Source of the DNA: an uncultured Acidobacteriota bacterium
GTDB lineage: Bacteria; Acidobacteriota; Thermoanaerobaculia; Multivoradales; UBA5704
NCBI GenBank assembly: GCA_963770895.1
Contig: CAVYRF010000002.1
Location: forward strand, 1,792,001 to 1,856,000
Length of the DNA stretch: 64,000 nt
Direction of reading: 5' to 3'
The notes under the pieces are model-generated. The model was not told the origin of the DNA, did not search any database, and was given only the letters and a program-made list of their open reading frames with translations. The first letter of the stretch is position 1; every line of letters starts with the position of its first letter. Shown here piece after piece: positions 1-22,600 of this stretch. Both the position numbers and the translations under genes were made by a program.

Positions 1-10628
<10,628 letters not shown>

Positions 10629-10632
<4 letters not shown>

Positions 10633-13600
10633 GCGCGGCGAGCGCGACGAGCACGAAGAGCGCAATGAGCCGCTTCGCCGACGTCTACCCGCTGTCGCCG
10701 ATGCAGGAGGGGATGCTGTTCCACACCCTGCTGGCGCCGGATTCGGGCGTCTACGTCACCCAGGTGGTCCTGGGCTTCGCGGCGGACGACATGGACCTGG
10801 ACCTGCTGGCGCAGAGCTGGCAGCGGGTCGCGGCGCGCCACGCCGCGCTGCGCACGTTCTTCGCCTGGGAAGGGCTCGAAACGCCGATCCAGGTGGTGGA
10901 GCGGCAGGTCGACATGCCGATCGAAAGGCTGGACTGGCGCCGGGTGCGGGCCGCCGATGCTTCCCGGAGGCTGGCTGCCTGGCAGCGCGCCGAGCGCGGC
11001 ACGAGCTTCGACCTGGCGCGGGCGCCGCTGTCGCGCCTGGGCCTGATCCAGCTTCCCGCCAGGCGCAGCGCGGTGGTGTGGACCTTCCACCACATCATCC
11101 TGGACGGCTGGTCGGTGCCGCTGGTGCTGCGCGACGTGGAGGCGATCTATCGTTGGCTGGCGGCGGGGGGGGCCGGCGGCGCCGGTGGCGGGGTCGGAGA
11201 CGGCGCGGCGGTTGCCGCCGGGCCGCCCGGCCTGCCTCCGGCGCGTCCCTTCCGCGACTACATCGTCTGGCTGCAGCGCCAGGACCTGGCGCTCGCCGAA
11301 AGCTACTGGCGCGGTGTGCTGCGCGGCTTTCGCGCGCCGACGCCGCTGCCCGGCGAGGACGGCGGCGAGCGCGGTGCGGCCGGAGCTGCGGGCGCCGTTG
11401 CGGCTGCCGCCGGCGGCGCCGGCGACGGCATGCGTCGCGCCGTGGTGCCGGCGGCGGCAACCGCCGCGCTGGTGGCCTGGGGGCGCCGCGCCGGCCTCAC
11501 CGTGAACACCCTGGCGCAGGGAATCTGGGCGCTGCTGCTCAGCCGCCACGCCGCCCAGCGCGACGTCGCCTTCGGTGCCGCGGTGCTCGGCCGGCCGGCG
11601 GATCTCGACGGCGCGGACGCGATCGTCGGGCTCTTCGTCAACACCCTGGTGGTGCGGATCGACGCGGCGCCGGACGCCCTGCTGGTCCCCTGGCTGCAGG
11701 AGATCCAGGCGGCCTGGGCGCGCTCGCGCCGCTTCGAGCACAGCCCGCTGCTGCGGGTGCAGGAGTGGAGCGAGGTGCCGCGCGGCACGCCGCTGTTCGA
11801 AACCGTGCTCAACTTCACCGGCGCGGCGCAGAAGCCGGCGGCGAGCGACGGTCGCCAGGTGGACACCGCGGCGCAGACCAACGTCGCGATCACCCTGGAC
11901 GTGGCGGTGGGCGACCAGGTCGAGCTGCAGCTGCGCTGGGACCCGGCGCGCTGCGGCGCCGCCGCGATGGAGCGCCTGCTGGCGGCCGCGGCGACGCTTT
12001 TCGCGCGGCTGCCGGGCGCCGCGGGCCGCCGCCTGGCGGACGTCTCGCCGCTCGGCGCCGCCCAGCGCCACCAGGCGGTCTGCGAGTGGAACGACACGGG
12101 CGTAGCGCGGGCCGCCGATCCCGCGTTGCTGCACTCCCGGTTCGAGGCGCTGGCAGCGGCCGCGCCGCACCAGGAGGCGCTGATCGACCAGGCCGGCGCC
12201 CTCACCTACGGCGAGCTCGACGCCCTGGCCACGGCGCTCGCCCGCCGCCTGCGCCGCGCCGGGGTGGGGGTCGAGGCGCGGGTCGGCGTGCTGCTCGAGC
12301 GTTCGCGGGAGATGGTGGTGGCTCTCTTTGCGGTGCTCAAGGCCGGCGCGGCCTACCTGCCGCTCGACCCCGACCACCCGGCGGAGCGGCTGGCGTTCCA
12401 GGCCGCCGACGGCGGCGTCGCGGCGGTCGTCACCACCCCCGCGCTGGGCGGCCGGCTTGCCGCGCCCGCCGGGGGGGACGCGGCCCCGCCACGCATCCTG
12501 GTCGACCTGCGTGAGCTGGCTGCCGACCCGGCCGCCGCGCCGCTGCCGTGCGGCGCCGGCCCGGACAATCTGGCCTACGTGATCTACACCTCGGGTTCGA
12601 CGGGGCGGCCGAAGGGGGCGATGATCACCCACCGCGCCATCGTCAACCGCCTGGAGTGGATGCAGCAAGCGTTCGGCCTCGGCGGCGATGATAGAGTGCT
12701 GCAAAAGACGCCTTTCAGCTTCGACGTTTCGGTCTGGGAATTCTTCTGGCCGCTGGCGACGGGCGCCCGGCTGGTGCTGGCGCCGCCCGGTGCGCACCGC
12801 GATCCGTCGCTGCTGCTGGAGCTGATCGCCGGCCAGCGCATCACCGTCGCCCACTTCGTCCCCTCCATGCTGCACTTCTTCCTGGACACGCCGGAGGTCG
12901 CCGCCGCCGCCGCCGGCCTGCGCCGCGTGATCTGCAGCGGCGAAGCGCTTGGCGGGCCGCTGCAATCGCGCTTTCACGCCAGCCTGCCGGGGGAGCTGTA
13001 CAACCTGTACGGGCCGACCGAGGCGGCGGTCGACGTCACCTGGTGGCGCTGCGACCGCGGCAGCCGCGCGTCGCTGGCTGTGCCACCGGCCGTATCGGTG
13101 GTGCCGATCGGCCGGCCGATCGCCAACACCGCCATCCACCTGCTGGACGCCGCCGGCCAGCCGGCCGCGATCGGCGCGCCGGGGGAGCTGCACATCGGCG
13201 GCGCCGGTCTGGCGCGCGGCTACCTGGGCCGCCCCGACCTGACGGCCGACCGCTTCGTCCCCGACCCCTTCGGCGGCGCTCCCGGCCAGCGCCTCTATCG
13301 CACCGGCGACCTGGCGCGCCGGCGCGCCGACGGCAGCGTCGAATACCTGGGCCGCATCGACCTCCAGGTCAAGGTGCGCGGCATCCGCGTCGAGCTGGGC
13401 GAGATCGAAGACGTGCTGAGCGGCCATCCCGCCGTGCGCCAGGCCGCGGTGGCGGCATGGGACGACGGCGCCGCCGGCAAGCGCCTGGTCGCCTACGTCG
13501 TGCCGGCGGCGCCCGCGGTGACCGCGGCACCCGCACTGCCCGCGCCGCCCGCGCCGCCCTCAACTGTGGCGTGGGAGGAGCTGCTGGCCTGGGCGCGCCG

Positions 13601-14915
13601 CAAGCTGCCCGAAGCCATGGTGCCCGCCGCCGTGGTGCCGCTCGCCGCGCTGCCGGTCACCGCGAGCGGCAAGCTGGACCGGCGCGCCCTGCCGCCGCCC
13701 GACCCCGAAACGGTGATGGGCGGGGCCGGCGGGGGCGGCGAGCGCGCCGCGCCGCGCGACCCGCTGGAAGAGGAGCTGGTCGGCATGTGGCAGGACATCC
13801 TGCGCGTGCGGCCGATCGGCATCGGCGACGACTTCTTCACCCTGGGCGGCCACTCGCTTCTCGCCGTGCGCCTGATGGGGGCGCTGCGCAAGCGCTTCGG
13901 CGTCGAGCTGCCGCTCGCCCGCCTGGTCGAGGCGCGCACCGTCGAGCGCCTGGCCGCCCTGCTGCGCGCGCCGGCGCCAGTCGATCGCCGGGCGCCGCTG
14001 GTCGCCCTGCAGCCGGCGGGCGCCGGGGTGCCCTTTTTCTGCGTGCACCCGATCGGCGGCCACGTGCTGTGCTACGCCGACCTGGCGCGGCACCTGGGCG
14101 GCGACGCCCCCTTCTACGGCTTGCAGGCGCCAGGTCTCGAAGAGGTGGGGGCGGTCGCGCCGTCGATCGAGGAGATGGCGGCCTCCTACCTGGCGGCGGT
14201 GCTGCCGCTGGCGCGCGAGCGCGGCGGCGCCTGCTGCCTGGGCGGCTGGTCGATGGGCGGCATCGTCGCCTTCGAGATGGCGCGCCAGCTGCGCGCCGCC
14301 GGTCACCACCCGGTGCCGGTGGCGATCCTCGACTCCTGGTCGCCCGACATCCACCGCATCGTGCCCGACGATGCCTACCTGCTGGCCGAGATCGTCAGGG
14401 ACGTGGCGCTCCAGCGCGGCATCCCGCAGGCGCTCACCTACGAGCACCTGCTGGAGCTCGCCCCCGAAGAGCGCCTGGCCCGCGTGCTGGAGGTGGGCCG
14501 CGCCGGCGGCCTGGTCGCGGCCGACCTGGACGCCGCCTGGCTGCGGCGCACCCTGGAAGGCTACCGGGCGCGCCGCACCGCCCTGATGCGCTACCGGCCG
14601 GCGCGGCACAGCGGCGGCCTGACGCTGTTCCGCGCCGTCGAGCAGGACGCCCAATTCGTGCGCCAGGTCGAAGCCGAGCTGGGCTTCGACGTCGACGACG
14701 AAACGCTGGGGTGGGGCGCCTATTCGGACGCGCCGGTGGCGGTCGAATGGGCCGCCGGCAATCACTCCACCATGTGCCAGGAGCCGCACGTCGCGGCGCT
14801 GGCCGGCTCTCTGCGCGCCTGGATCGAGCGCGCGATCCCGCCGCGGGACGGCGCCGCGGTACCGGGCTTTGCCACTTCCCTGCGCTCCCACACCCTTGAG
14901 GAGGATCCTGCATGA
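10629..14915 (+). CDS. Terminal NRPS module C-A(Ser)-T-TE
   Basis: ATGA overlap with upstream stop. YPLSPMQEG and HHIILDGWS (C domain following an E domain); A code DVWHISLVDK (Ser type); T GGHSL; TE GWSMGG. Confidence 0.95.
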
Positions 14916-16621
14916 CCTTGTTCAAGTTTCTGCTCCGCACCTCGCGCGGCCTCGCCTCGCTGGCGATCCTGGCGGGGCTGGTCGCGGGCGTTTGCAATTC
15001 CGCCCTGATCGCCTGCATCAATCGCACGGTGTCGCGGCCGGGCGCCACCACCGCGACCTGGATCTGGGTCTTCGTCGGCATCTGCCTGCTGCTGCCGCTC
15101 ACCCGCTTCGCTTCCTCGGCGCTGCTGGTCAAGCTGTCGCAGAAGGGAATTCACGACCTGCGCATGCACCTGGGCCAGAACATCCTGGCGGCGCCGCTGC
15201 GCAAGTTGGAGGAGATGGGGCCGGCGCGCCTGCTGAGCGTGCTGACCGACGACGTGCGCACCATCTCGGTCGCGCTCATCGCCATCCCCGGCACCTGTAT
15301 CCAGATCGCCATCGTGCTCGGCTGCCTGGGGTACCTGTGCTGGCTCTCACGGCCGGCGTTCGTCGGCCTGCTGGTGTTGATGGTGCTGGCGCTGGCCAGC
15401 ATCCAGCTGCCGGCGATGCGCGCCCGGCGGCTGCACAGCCTGGCGCGCGAGGTCCAGGACGTGCTGTTCCGCCACCTGCGCGCCATCACCGACGGCAACA
15501 AGGAGCTGAAGATCCACCGCGGCCGCCGGCAGGCCTTCGTCAGCGACTCGCTCGGCGCGGCCTCCGCCCGTTCCCAGCGCTACAGCGTGATCGGCAACAT
15601 GTTGGACGCGGCGACCGGCAGCTGGAGCCAGCTGGTGTTCTTCGGCGCGGTCGGCGCCCTGCTCTTCGTGCTGCCGCGGCTGGTGCCGATGTCGACCGAG
15701 GTGCGGATGGGCTACATCCTGACGATGATGTACATGATGGTGCCGCTCGACGTGATCTTCGGCGCCCTGCTGCCCACGGTGGTGCGGGCCGACATCGCGC
15801 TCAAGAAGATCGAATCGCTCGGCCTCTCGCTCGAGCAGATGGTGAGCGAAAAGCCGGCGCCCGCCGCGCCGCCCCCTTCGTGGCACAGCCTGGAGCTGGC
15901 CGGCGTCACCCATTCGTTCCTGTCGGAACGGGAGCGGGAGTCGTTCGTCGTCGGCCCGATCGACCTGACCCTGCGCCCCGGCGAAGTGGTCTTCATCATC
16001 GGCGGCAACGGCAGCGGCAAGACCACCCTGGCGAAGCTGCTCACCGCGCTCTATGCCCCCGAATCCGGCACGGTGCGCCTGGACGGCGTGGCGATCACCG
16101 ACGACAACCGCGACGCCTATCGCCAGCACTTCTCGGCGGTGTTCTCCGACTTCTTCCTGTTCGACAGCATCCTGGGCCTGGAGGCGCCGGAGCTGGACGC
16201 GCGGGCCCGCGAATACCTGGTCAAGCTGCAGCTCGACGGCAAGGTCGAGATCCGCAGCGGGGCGCTGTCGACGATCGACCTGTCGCAGGGCCAGCGCAAG
16301 CGGCTGGCGCTGCTCACCGCCTACCTGGAAGATCGCGACATCTACCTGTTCGACGAGTGGGCGGCGGACCAGGACCCGCTGTTCAAGCGCACCTTCTACT
16401 TCCAGCTCATCCCCGAGCTCAAGGCGCGCGGCAAGACGGTGCTGGTGATCAGCCACGACGACCAGTACTACCACCTGGGCGACCGCGTCATCAAACTGGT
16501 CAACGGCCAGATCGAGTACGACACCACGCCCGAAAAGCTCGGCCCGCCGCGGCCGCTGTCCGCCGCGACGCCGGGTGAGCCGCTGCTGCAGCACGCGGCG
16601 CAGGCGGCCGCGGCCCCATGA
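14912..16621 (+). CDS. Cyclic peptide export ABC transporter (SyrD/PvdE/YojI family)
   Basis: N-terminal TM helices; Walker A GGNGSGKT; LSQGQRKRLAL and FDEWAADQDP, typical of this family. Confidence 0.93.
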   Translation: MTLFKFLLRTSRGLASLAILAGLVAGVCNSALIACINRTVSRPGATTATWIWVFVGICLLLPLTRFASSALLVKLSQKGIHDLRMHLGQNILAAPLRKLEEMGPARLLSVLTDDVRTISVALIAIPGTCIQIAIVLGCLGYLCWLSRPAFVGLLVLMVLALASIQLPAMRARRLHSLAREVQDVLFRHLRAITDGNKELKIHRGRRQAFVSDSLGAASARSQRYSVIGNMLDAATGSWSQLVFFGAVGALLFVLPRLVPMSTEVRMGYILTMMYMMVPLDVIFGALLPTVVRADIALKKIESLGLSLEQMVSEKPAPAAPPPSWHSLELAGVTHSFLSERERESFVVGPIDLTLRPGEVVFIIGGNGSGKTTLAKLLTALYAPESGTVRLDGVAITDDNRDAYRQHFSAVFSDFFLFDSILGLEAPELDARAREYLVKLQLDGKVEIRSGALSTIDLSQGQRKRLALLTAYLEDRDIYLFDEWAADQDPLFKRTFYFQLIPELKARGKTVLVISHDDQYYHLGDRVIKLVNGQIEYDTTPEKLGPPRPLSAATPGEPLLQHAAQAAAAP

Positions 16622-19600
16622 CCGAAGCGGCGGGAACGGTGGGAACGGCGACCGATCTCTGCGATCTGCTGCGCCGGCAGGCGGCGCGGCAGCCCGAGGG
16701 GACGGCCTGTATCTTCCTCGCCGACGGCGACGCCGACAGTGAGCAGGAGCGGCTCACCTACGGCGAGCTCGACGCCGCGGCGCGCCGCATCGCCGCGCAG
16801 CTGCGGCGGGCCGCGCCGCAAGGGGGGCGGGCGCTGCTGCTCTACCCCTCGGGGCTCGAGTACGTGCGCGCCTTCTTCGGCTGCGTCTATGCCGGGATGG
16901 CCGGCGTCTGCGCCTATCCGCCGCCGCTGTCCGGCGGCCGGCGCCTCTTGCCGCGGCTGCGCGCCATCGTCGCCGACGCGCAGCCGGCGGTCGCCTTGAC
17001 CAACGCCGGGATGCTGGCGCACGCGCAGACGTTCGTGCGCGACGAGGGCGTGCTGGCGGAGCTGCCCTGGCTGGCTCCCGACGGCGGTCCGGCGGCGGCG
17101 GACGACGACGACGGCGGGTGGTCGCCGCCGGCGCTCGCCGCGGACGACCTGGCGTTTCTCATGTATACCTCCGGCTCGACCGGCACGCCGCGCGGCGTGA
17201 TGGTCAGTCACGGCAACGTCCTCCACAACCTGGCGGCCTTTCCGGGGTTCGCGGCGCGGCCGCTCACCGCCAGCGTGTCGTGGCTGCCGCTGTTCCACGA
17301 CCTGGGGCTGGTGTTCGGCCTGCTGCACCCGCTCTACCAGGGCGCGCCGGCGATCCTGCTGCCGCCCGACGCCTTCGTGCGCCGGCCGCTGCGGTGGCTC
17401 TCGGCGATCTCGCGCTTCCGGGCGAGCGCCACGTTCGGCCCCAACTTCGCCTACGACCTGTGCGCGCGGCGGATCGCGCCCGCCGAGCGCGCCGGGCTCG
17501 ACCTGTCGTGCCTCAACCTGGTGCTCAACGGCTCCGAGCCGGTGCGCCATGAAACCCTGGAGCGGTTCGCCGCCGCCTTCGGCTCGTGCGGCTTCCGCGG
17601 CGCGGCGTTCTATCCCGCCTTCGGGCTGTCCGAGGGCACCTCCGACGTGTCCGGCAACGCCAGCTTCGCGCCGCCGCTGGTCTGCACCCTGCGCGGCGAC
17701 CAGCTCGACCGCCACCAGGTCGTCGCAGCGGCGCCGGGCGAACCGGGCGCCCGCCAGGTGGTGGGCTGCGGCACGGTGCTGCCGGGCCAGCGCGTGGCGA
17801 TCGTCGATCCCGCGACGCTCGCACCTTGCGCCGCCGACCAGGTGGGCGAGATCTGGCTGGGCGGCCCGAGCGTCGCCCAGGGCTACTGGGCGCGGCCGGC
17901 GGAGACGGCCGAGACCTTCGGCGCGCGGCTCGCCGGGTCGGGCGACGGCCCCTTCCTGCGCACCGGCGATCTCGGCTTCCTGCGCGGCGGCGAGCTGTTC
18001 GTCACCGGACGGCTCAAGGACCTGGTGATCGTCCACGGCGTCAACCACTATCCCCAGGACATCGAGTCGAGCGTCGAGCGCAGCCACGCGGCGCTGCGCC
18101 CCGGCTGCGGCATCGCCTTCGGCTGCGAGGCCGACGGCGGCGAGGGGCTGGTGGTGGTGCAGGAGGTGGAGGCGGCGCCGGCGGCGACGCTCGACGAGGC
18201 GTTGGGCAACATCCGCCAGCAGCTGGTCGAAGAGCACCAGGTCGCACCCTGGGCGATCGTGCTGATCGCCGCCGGGACGCTGCCCAAGACGTCCAGCGGC
18301 AAGCTGCAACGGCGCGCCTGCCGCGAGGCGTTCCTGGCCGGCGAGCTGGCGCCGCTGGCCGAATGGCGGGCGGCGCCGGGGGCGATGCCGGAGGGGGTGT
18401 CGGAGGAGACGCCGGACGGGGCGGCCGGCGATCCGCTGGAGGCGTGGCTGGCCGCCGCGGTCGCCCGCCTGGCGGGGATCGCGCCGCAAGCCGTCGACCG
18501 GACGCAGCCGTTCGCCCGCTACGGCCTCACCTCGGTCGCCATCACCGAGCTGGTGGCGGAGCTGGAAGCCCTGCTGGGCAGGCGGCTGCCGCTGACGCTG
18601 CTGTTCGAGCACCCGACGGTGGCGTCGCTGGCCGGCCGCCTGCGCGGCGGTCTGGGCGCGGCGGCGCTGCCGGAGCCGGCGTCGTCGGCGAGCGCGGCAA
18701 ACGCGGTGGGCGCGGTGGGCGCGGACGGCGCGGCGCCGGGCGGGCGCGAGCCGATCGCCATCGTCGGCATGAGCTGCCGCCTGCCGGGGGCGCCCGACCT
18801 GCGCGCCTATTGGGAGCTGCTGCGCGACGGCGTGGACGCCGTGGGGCCGATCCCGCTGGAGCGCTGGGACGTGGACGGCCTGTACGACCCCAATCCCGCC
18901 GCGGCCGGCAAGATGAACACGCGGCAGGGCGGTTTTCTGTCCGGCCTCGACCGGTTCGATCCGCTGTTCTTCTCCATCTCCCCCGCCGAAGCGGCGCACC
19001 TCGATCCGCGGCAGCGCCTGGTGCTGGAGCTGGCCTGGGAATCGCTGGCGCACGCCGGCATCCCGGCCGCCAGCCTGCGCGGCAGCAGCACCGGCGTCTT
19101 CATCGGCACCATGACCGACGATTTCTTCCACCTGCTGCTCGACGATCCGGCGCGCGGCGACGCCTATTCCGGCACCGGCGGCGCCAACAGCCTGGTGGCC
19201 AACCGCGTCTCCTACTGCCTCGACCTGCGGGGGCCGAGCATGGCCGTCGACACCGCCTGCTCGGGGTCGCTGGTGGCGATCCACCTGGCCTGCCAGAGCC
19301 TGTGGAGCGGCGAAAGCAGCGCGGCGCTGGCCGGCGGCGTGATGGTGAACCTGCGGCCCGACGGCTTCCTGTTCTTTTCGCGCGCCGGCGCGCTGGCCCC
19401 GGACGGCCGCTGCAAGCCGTTCGACGCGCGTGCCGACGGCATCGGCCGGGCGGAGGGGGCCGGCATGCTGGTGCTCAAGCCGCTCTCCCGCGCCCGCGCC
19501 GACGGCGACCGGGTGCTGGCGGTGATCCGCGGCAGCGCGATCAACCAGGACGGCATGAGCAACGGCCTGACGGCGCCCCAGCCGCGGGCGCAGGAAGCGC

Positions 19601-22600
19601 TGCTGCGGCAGGCCTGCCGCCGGGCCGGCGTGGCGCCGGGCGACGTGCAATACGTCGAGGCGCACGGCACCGGCACGCCGCTCGGCGACGCCGTCGAGAT
19701 GACGGCCCTGGCGGCGGCGCTGGGCCAGGGCCGGTCGGCGGAGCGGCCGCTGATGGTGGGGTCGGTGAAGAGCAACTTCGGCCACGCCGAGGCGGCGGCG
19801 GGAGTGGCGAGCGTGATCAAGGTGGTGCTGGCGATGCGGCATCGCCTGCTGCCGCCCAGCCTGCACTTCCAGGCACCGTCGCCGCAGCTGGAGCTGGACC
19901 GCCTGCCGGTGCGGGTGCAGCACGTGCTCAGCCGCTGGCCCGCCGAGGAGCGGCCGCTGGTCGCCGGCGTCAGCGCCTTCGGCATCGGCGGCGCCAACGC
20001 CCACGTGGTGCTCGGGGAAGCTCCCCAGGAGGCCGCGGCGGCGTCCGGCGCGGCGGCGGCGCCCGCGGTGCGGCAGGCCGGGGCGGGCGGCGGCATCGCT
20101 CACCTGCTGCCGCTGTCGGCGCGCGATGCGCGGGCGCTGGCCCAACTGGCCGGGCGGACCGGGCAGTGGCTCGGCGGCGCCGGCGCCGCCGAGCCGCTTG
20201 ACGACCTCTGCTACACGGCGGCGGTGCGGCGCGATCATCACCCTCACCGCTGGGCGGCGTCCGGCCGCACCCACGCCGAGATGGCGGCGGCGCTGGCCGC
20301 TTTCGCCGCCACCGCTCAGGGTGGCCATGGCGGCCCTGGCGGCAATGGCGGCCAGGACGGTGCGGAACCCATGGCCGCGGCGCCGGTGATGAGCCGTCCG
20401 CGGCTGATCATGGTGTTTTCGGGGCAAGGTTCGCAGTGGGTGCGCATGGGCCAGGGCCTGGCCGAGCGCGAGCCGGTCTTCCGCGAAGCGCTGGCGCGGG
20501 TCGCCCGCCTGTTCCCCGCCCGCGACGGCCGCTCGCTGCTCGATCAGCTTGCGGCCGGCGCCGCGGACTCGCGATTGGACGCGCCGGAAGTGCTGCAGCC
20601 GGCGACCTTTGCCGTGCAGGTCGCCCTGTTCGAGCTGTGGCGCTCCTGGGGTCTCACCCCCGACGCGGTCGCCGGCCACAGCCTCGGCGAGGTGGCTGCC
20701 GCCTACGCGTGCGGCGCCCTGTGCATCGAAGATGCGGCGCGCGTGGTCGAGCACCGCTCGCGCCTCATGCAGTGGGCGATGGGGCCTGGCACCACGGCCC
20801 AGGTCCAGCTGCCGGAAGAGCGCGCCGCGGAGGTGCTGGCGGGGCACGCGGACGTGGAGCTCGCCGGCGCCAGCGGCCCGTCGTCCTTCGTCGTCTCGGG
20901 CGGCACGACGGCGGTCGCCCAGCTGCTGGCCGAGCTCGGCGGGCGGGGGGTGCGCTGCCGCGTGCTGCGGGTCGGACCGATCGCGCTCCACAGCCGCTTC
21001 ATGGACCCGTTGCAGGAGCCGCTCGCCGCGGCGCTGGGCAGCCTGCGGCCGGGACCGGCGCGCATCCCCTTCTTTTCGGCCGTCACCGGCGGCGCGCTGG
21101 CGGGGGAGCGGCTCGATGCCGGGTATTGGGTGCGCAACCTGCGCCAGCCGTTCCGCTTCCGGGCGGCGATGCGGGCGATGCTGGAGGCGCCGGAGGCGCC
21201 GGAGGACGGCGGCGGCGCGCCCGTCATCCTGCTCGAAGTCTCCCCCCACCCGCTGCTGGCGGCGCCGATGCAGGACAACCTGCGCCAGCTCGGCCGCCAG
21301 GGCCTGGTGCTGTCGTCGCTGCGCCGCGACGAGGACGAGCGCGGCGAGCTGCTCGCCGCGCTGGGCCGCGCCTACGCCGCCGGCCGCGACGTCGCCTGGC
21401 CGCGGCTCTATCCCGCGGGGCGGGTGCTGGACCTGCCCGGCTATCCGTGGCAACGCGAGCGGCACTGGTACCAGCAGCGGCGGACGGCATCGCCTGCCGG
21501 GAGCGACGGGCGCGACGCGGGTGGCGTCCGCGGCGCGGCGGTGGCGCCGGGGCCGGACGCGGATCAGGCGGCGGCGCTCTTCGACGTGGAATGGGTGCCG
21601 ATTGCCGCGGCGCCGGTGACCACGCCACCGGCGGCAGCGGCGGCTGGCCATCGCGGTGCCTGGGTGCTGGTCTGCGGCGGCCTGTCGGGCGACGCGCTGG
21701 CGGGGGCACTTGCGGCGGCGGGGGCCGCGGTGTGGCGGGTGGCGGCGGGGGAGCGGTACGCGGCGCCGGCGGCGGGCGGCCGGCAGTTCACCATCGACAT
21801 GGCCGCGCCGGCCGACTGGCGCCGCCTGCTCGCCGACCTGCCGGCGCCAGCCGGCCAGGGCGCCGGGGAAGGCCGCACCCGGCTGGTGCTGCTGTTCGGT
21901 GACGACATTCGGGCAGCAGCGGTGGGAGAGGCAGGAGCGGTGGGAACGGTTGGCGTGGCGGGAGCGGCGGGAGAGCGGGGGCCGATTGGCGCGCCGGCCG
22001 CGGTGCCTGAGACGGCGGATGCCGGCGCCGCCAGGGCGGCCACCGCCGCCCTGCTGTACGCCGTGCAAGCCGCGGCGCAGCTGGCGGCGCCGCCGCAGCT
22101 CTGGGTGGTGACGCGCGGCGCCCAGCCGCCCGGAGCGGTCGCCGCTCCGGACCAGGCGCTGCTGTGGGGCCTGGCGCGGGCGTTCGGCCAGCAGGAGCAC
22201 CCCGAGCTGTGGGGCGGCGTCGTCGACCTGGACCCGGCGGCGGAACCGGGCTCGCTCGACGAGGCGCGGCGGCTGCGCGGCCACGTCCTGGCGCCGGGCG
22301 GCGAGGATCAGGTATCGCTGCGCCAGGGGGAGCGCTACGCGCCGCGGCTGCGCCGCCGGCCCGCCGCCGGCACCGGCGGCGGCGCCAACCCACCGGCGGC
22401 GGGGCCGGCGCGTCCGCGCGCCGACGCGACGTACCTGGTCACCGGCGGGTTCGGCGCGCTCGGCCTGCGGGTGGCGCGCTGGCTGGTCGCGCGGGGTGCG
22501 CGCCGCCTGCTGCTGCTCGGCCGCCACGGCCTGCCGCCGCGGCGCACCTGGAGCGACGTCCCCGCCGCCGACCCTTACCGGCAGCGCATCGATGCCGTGC

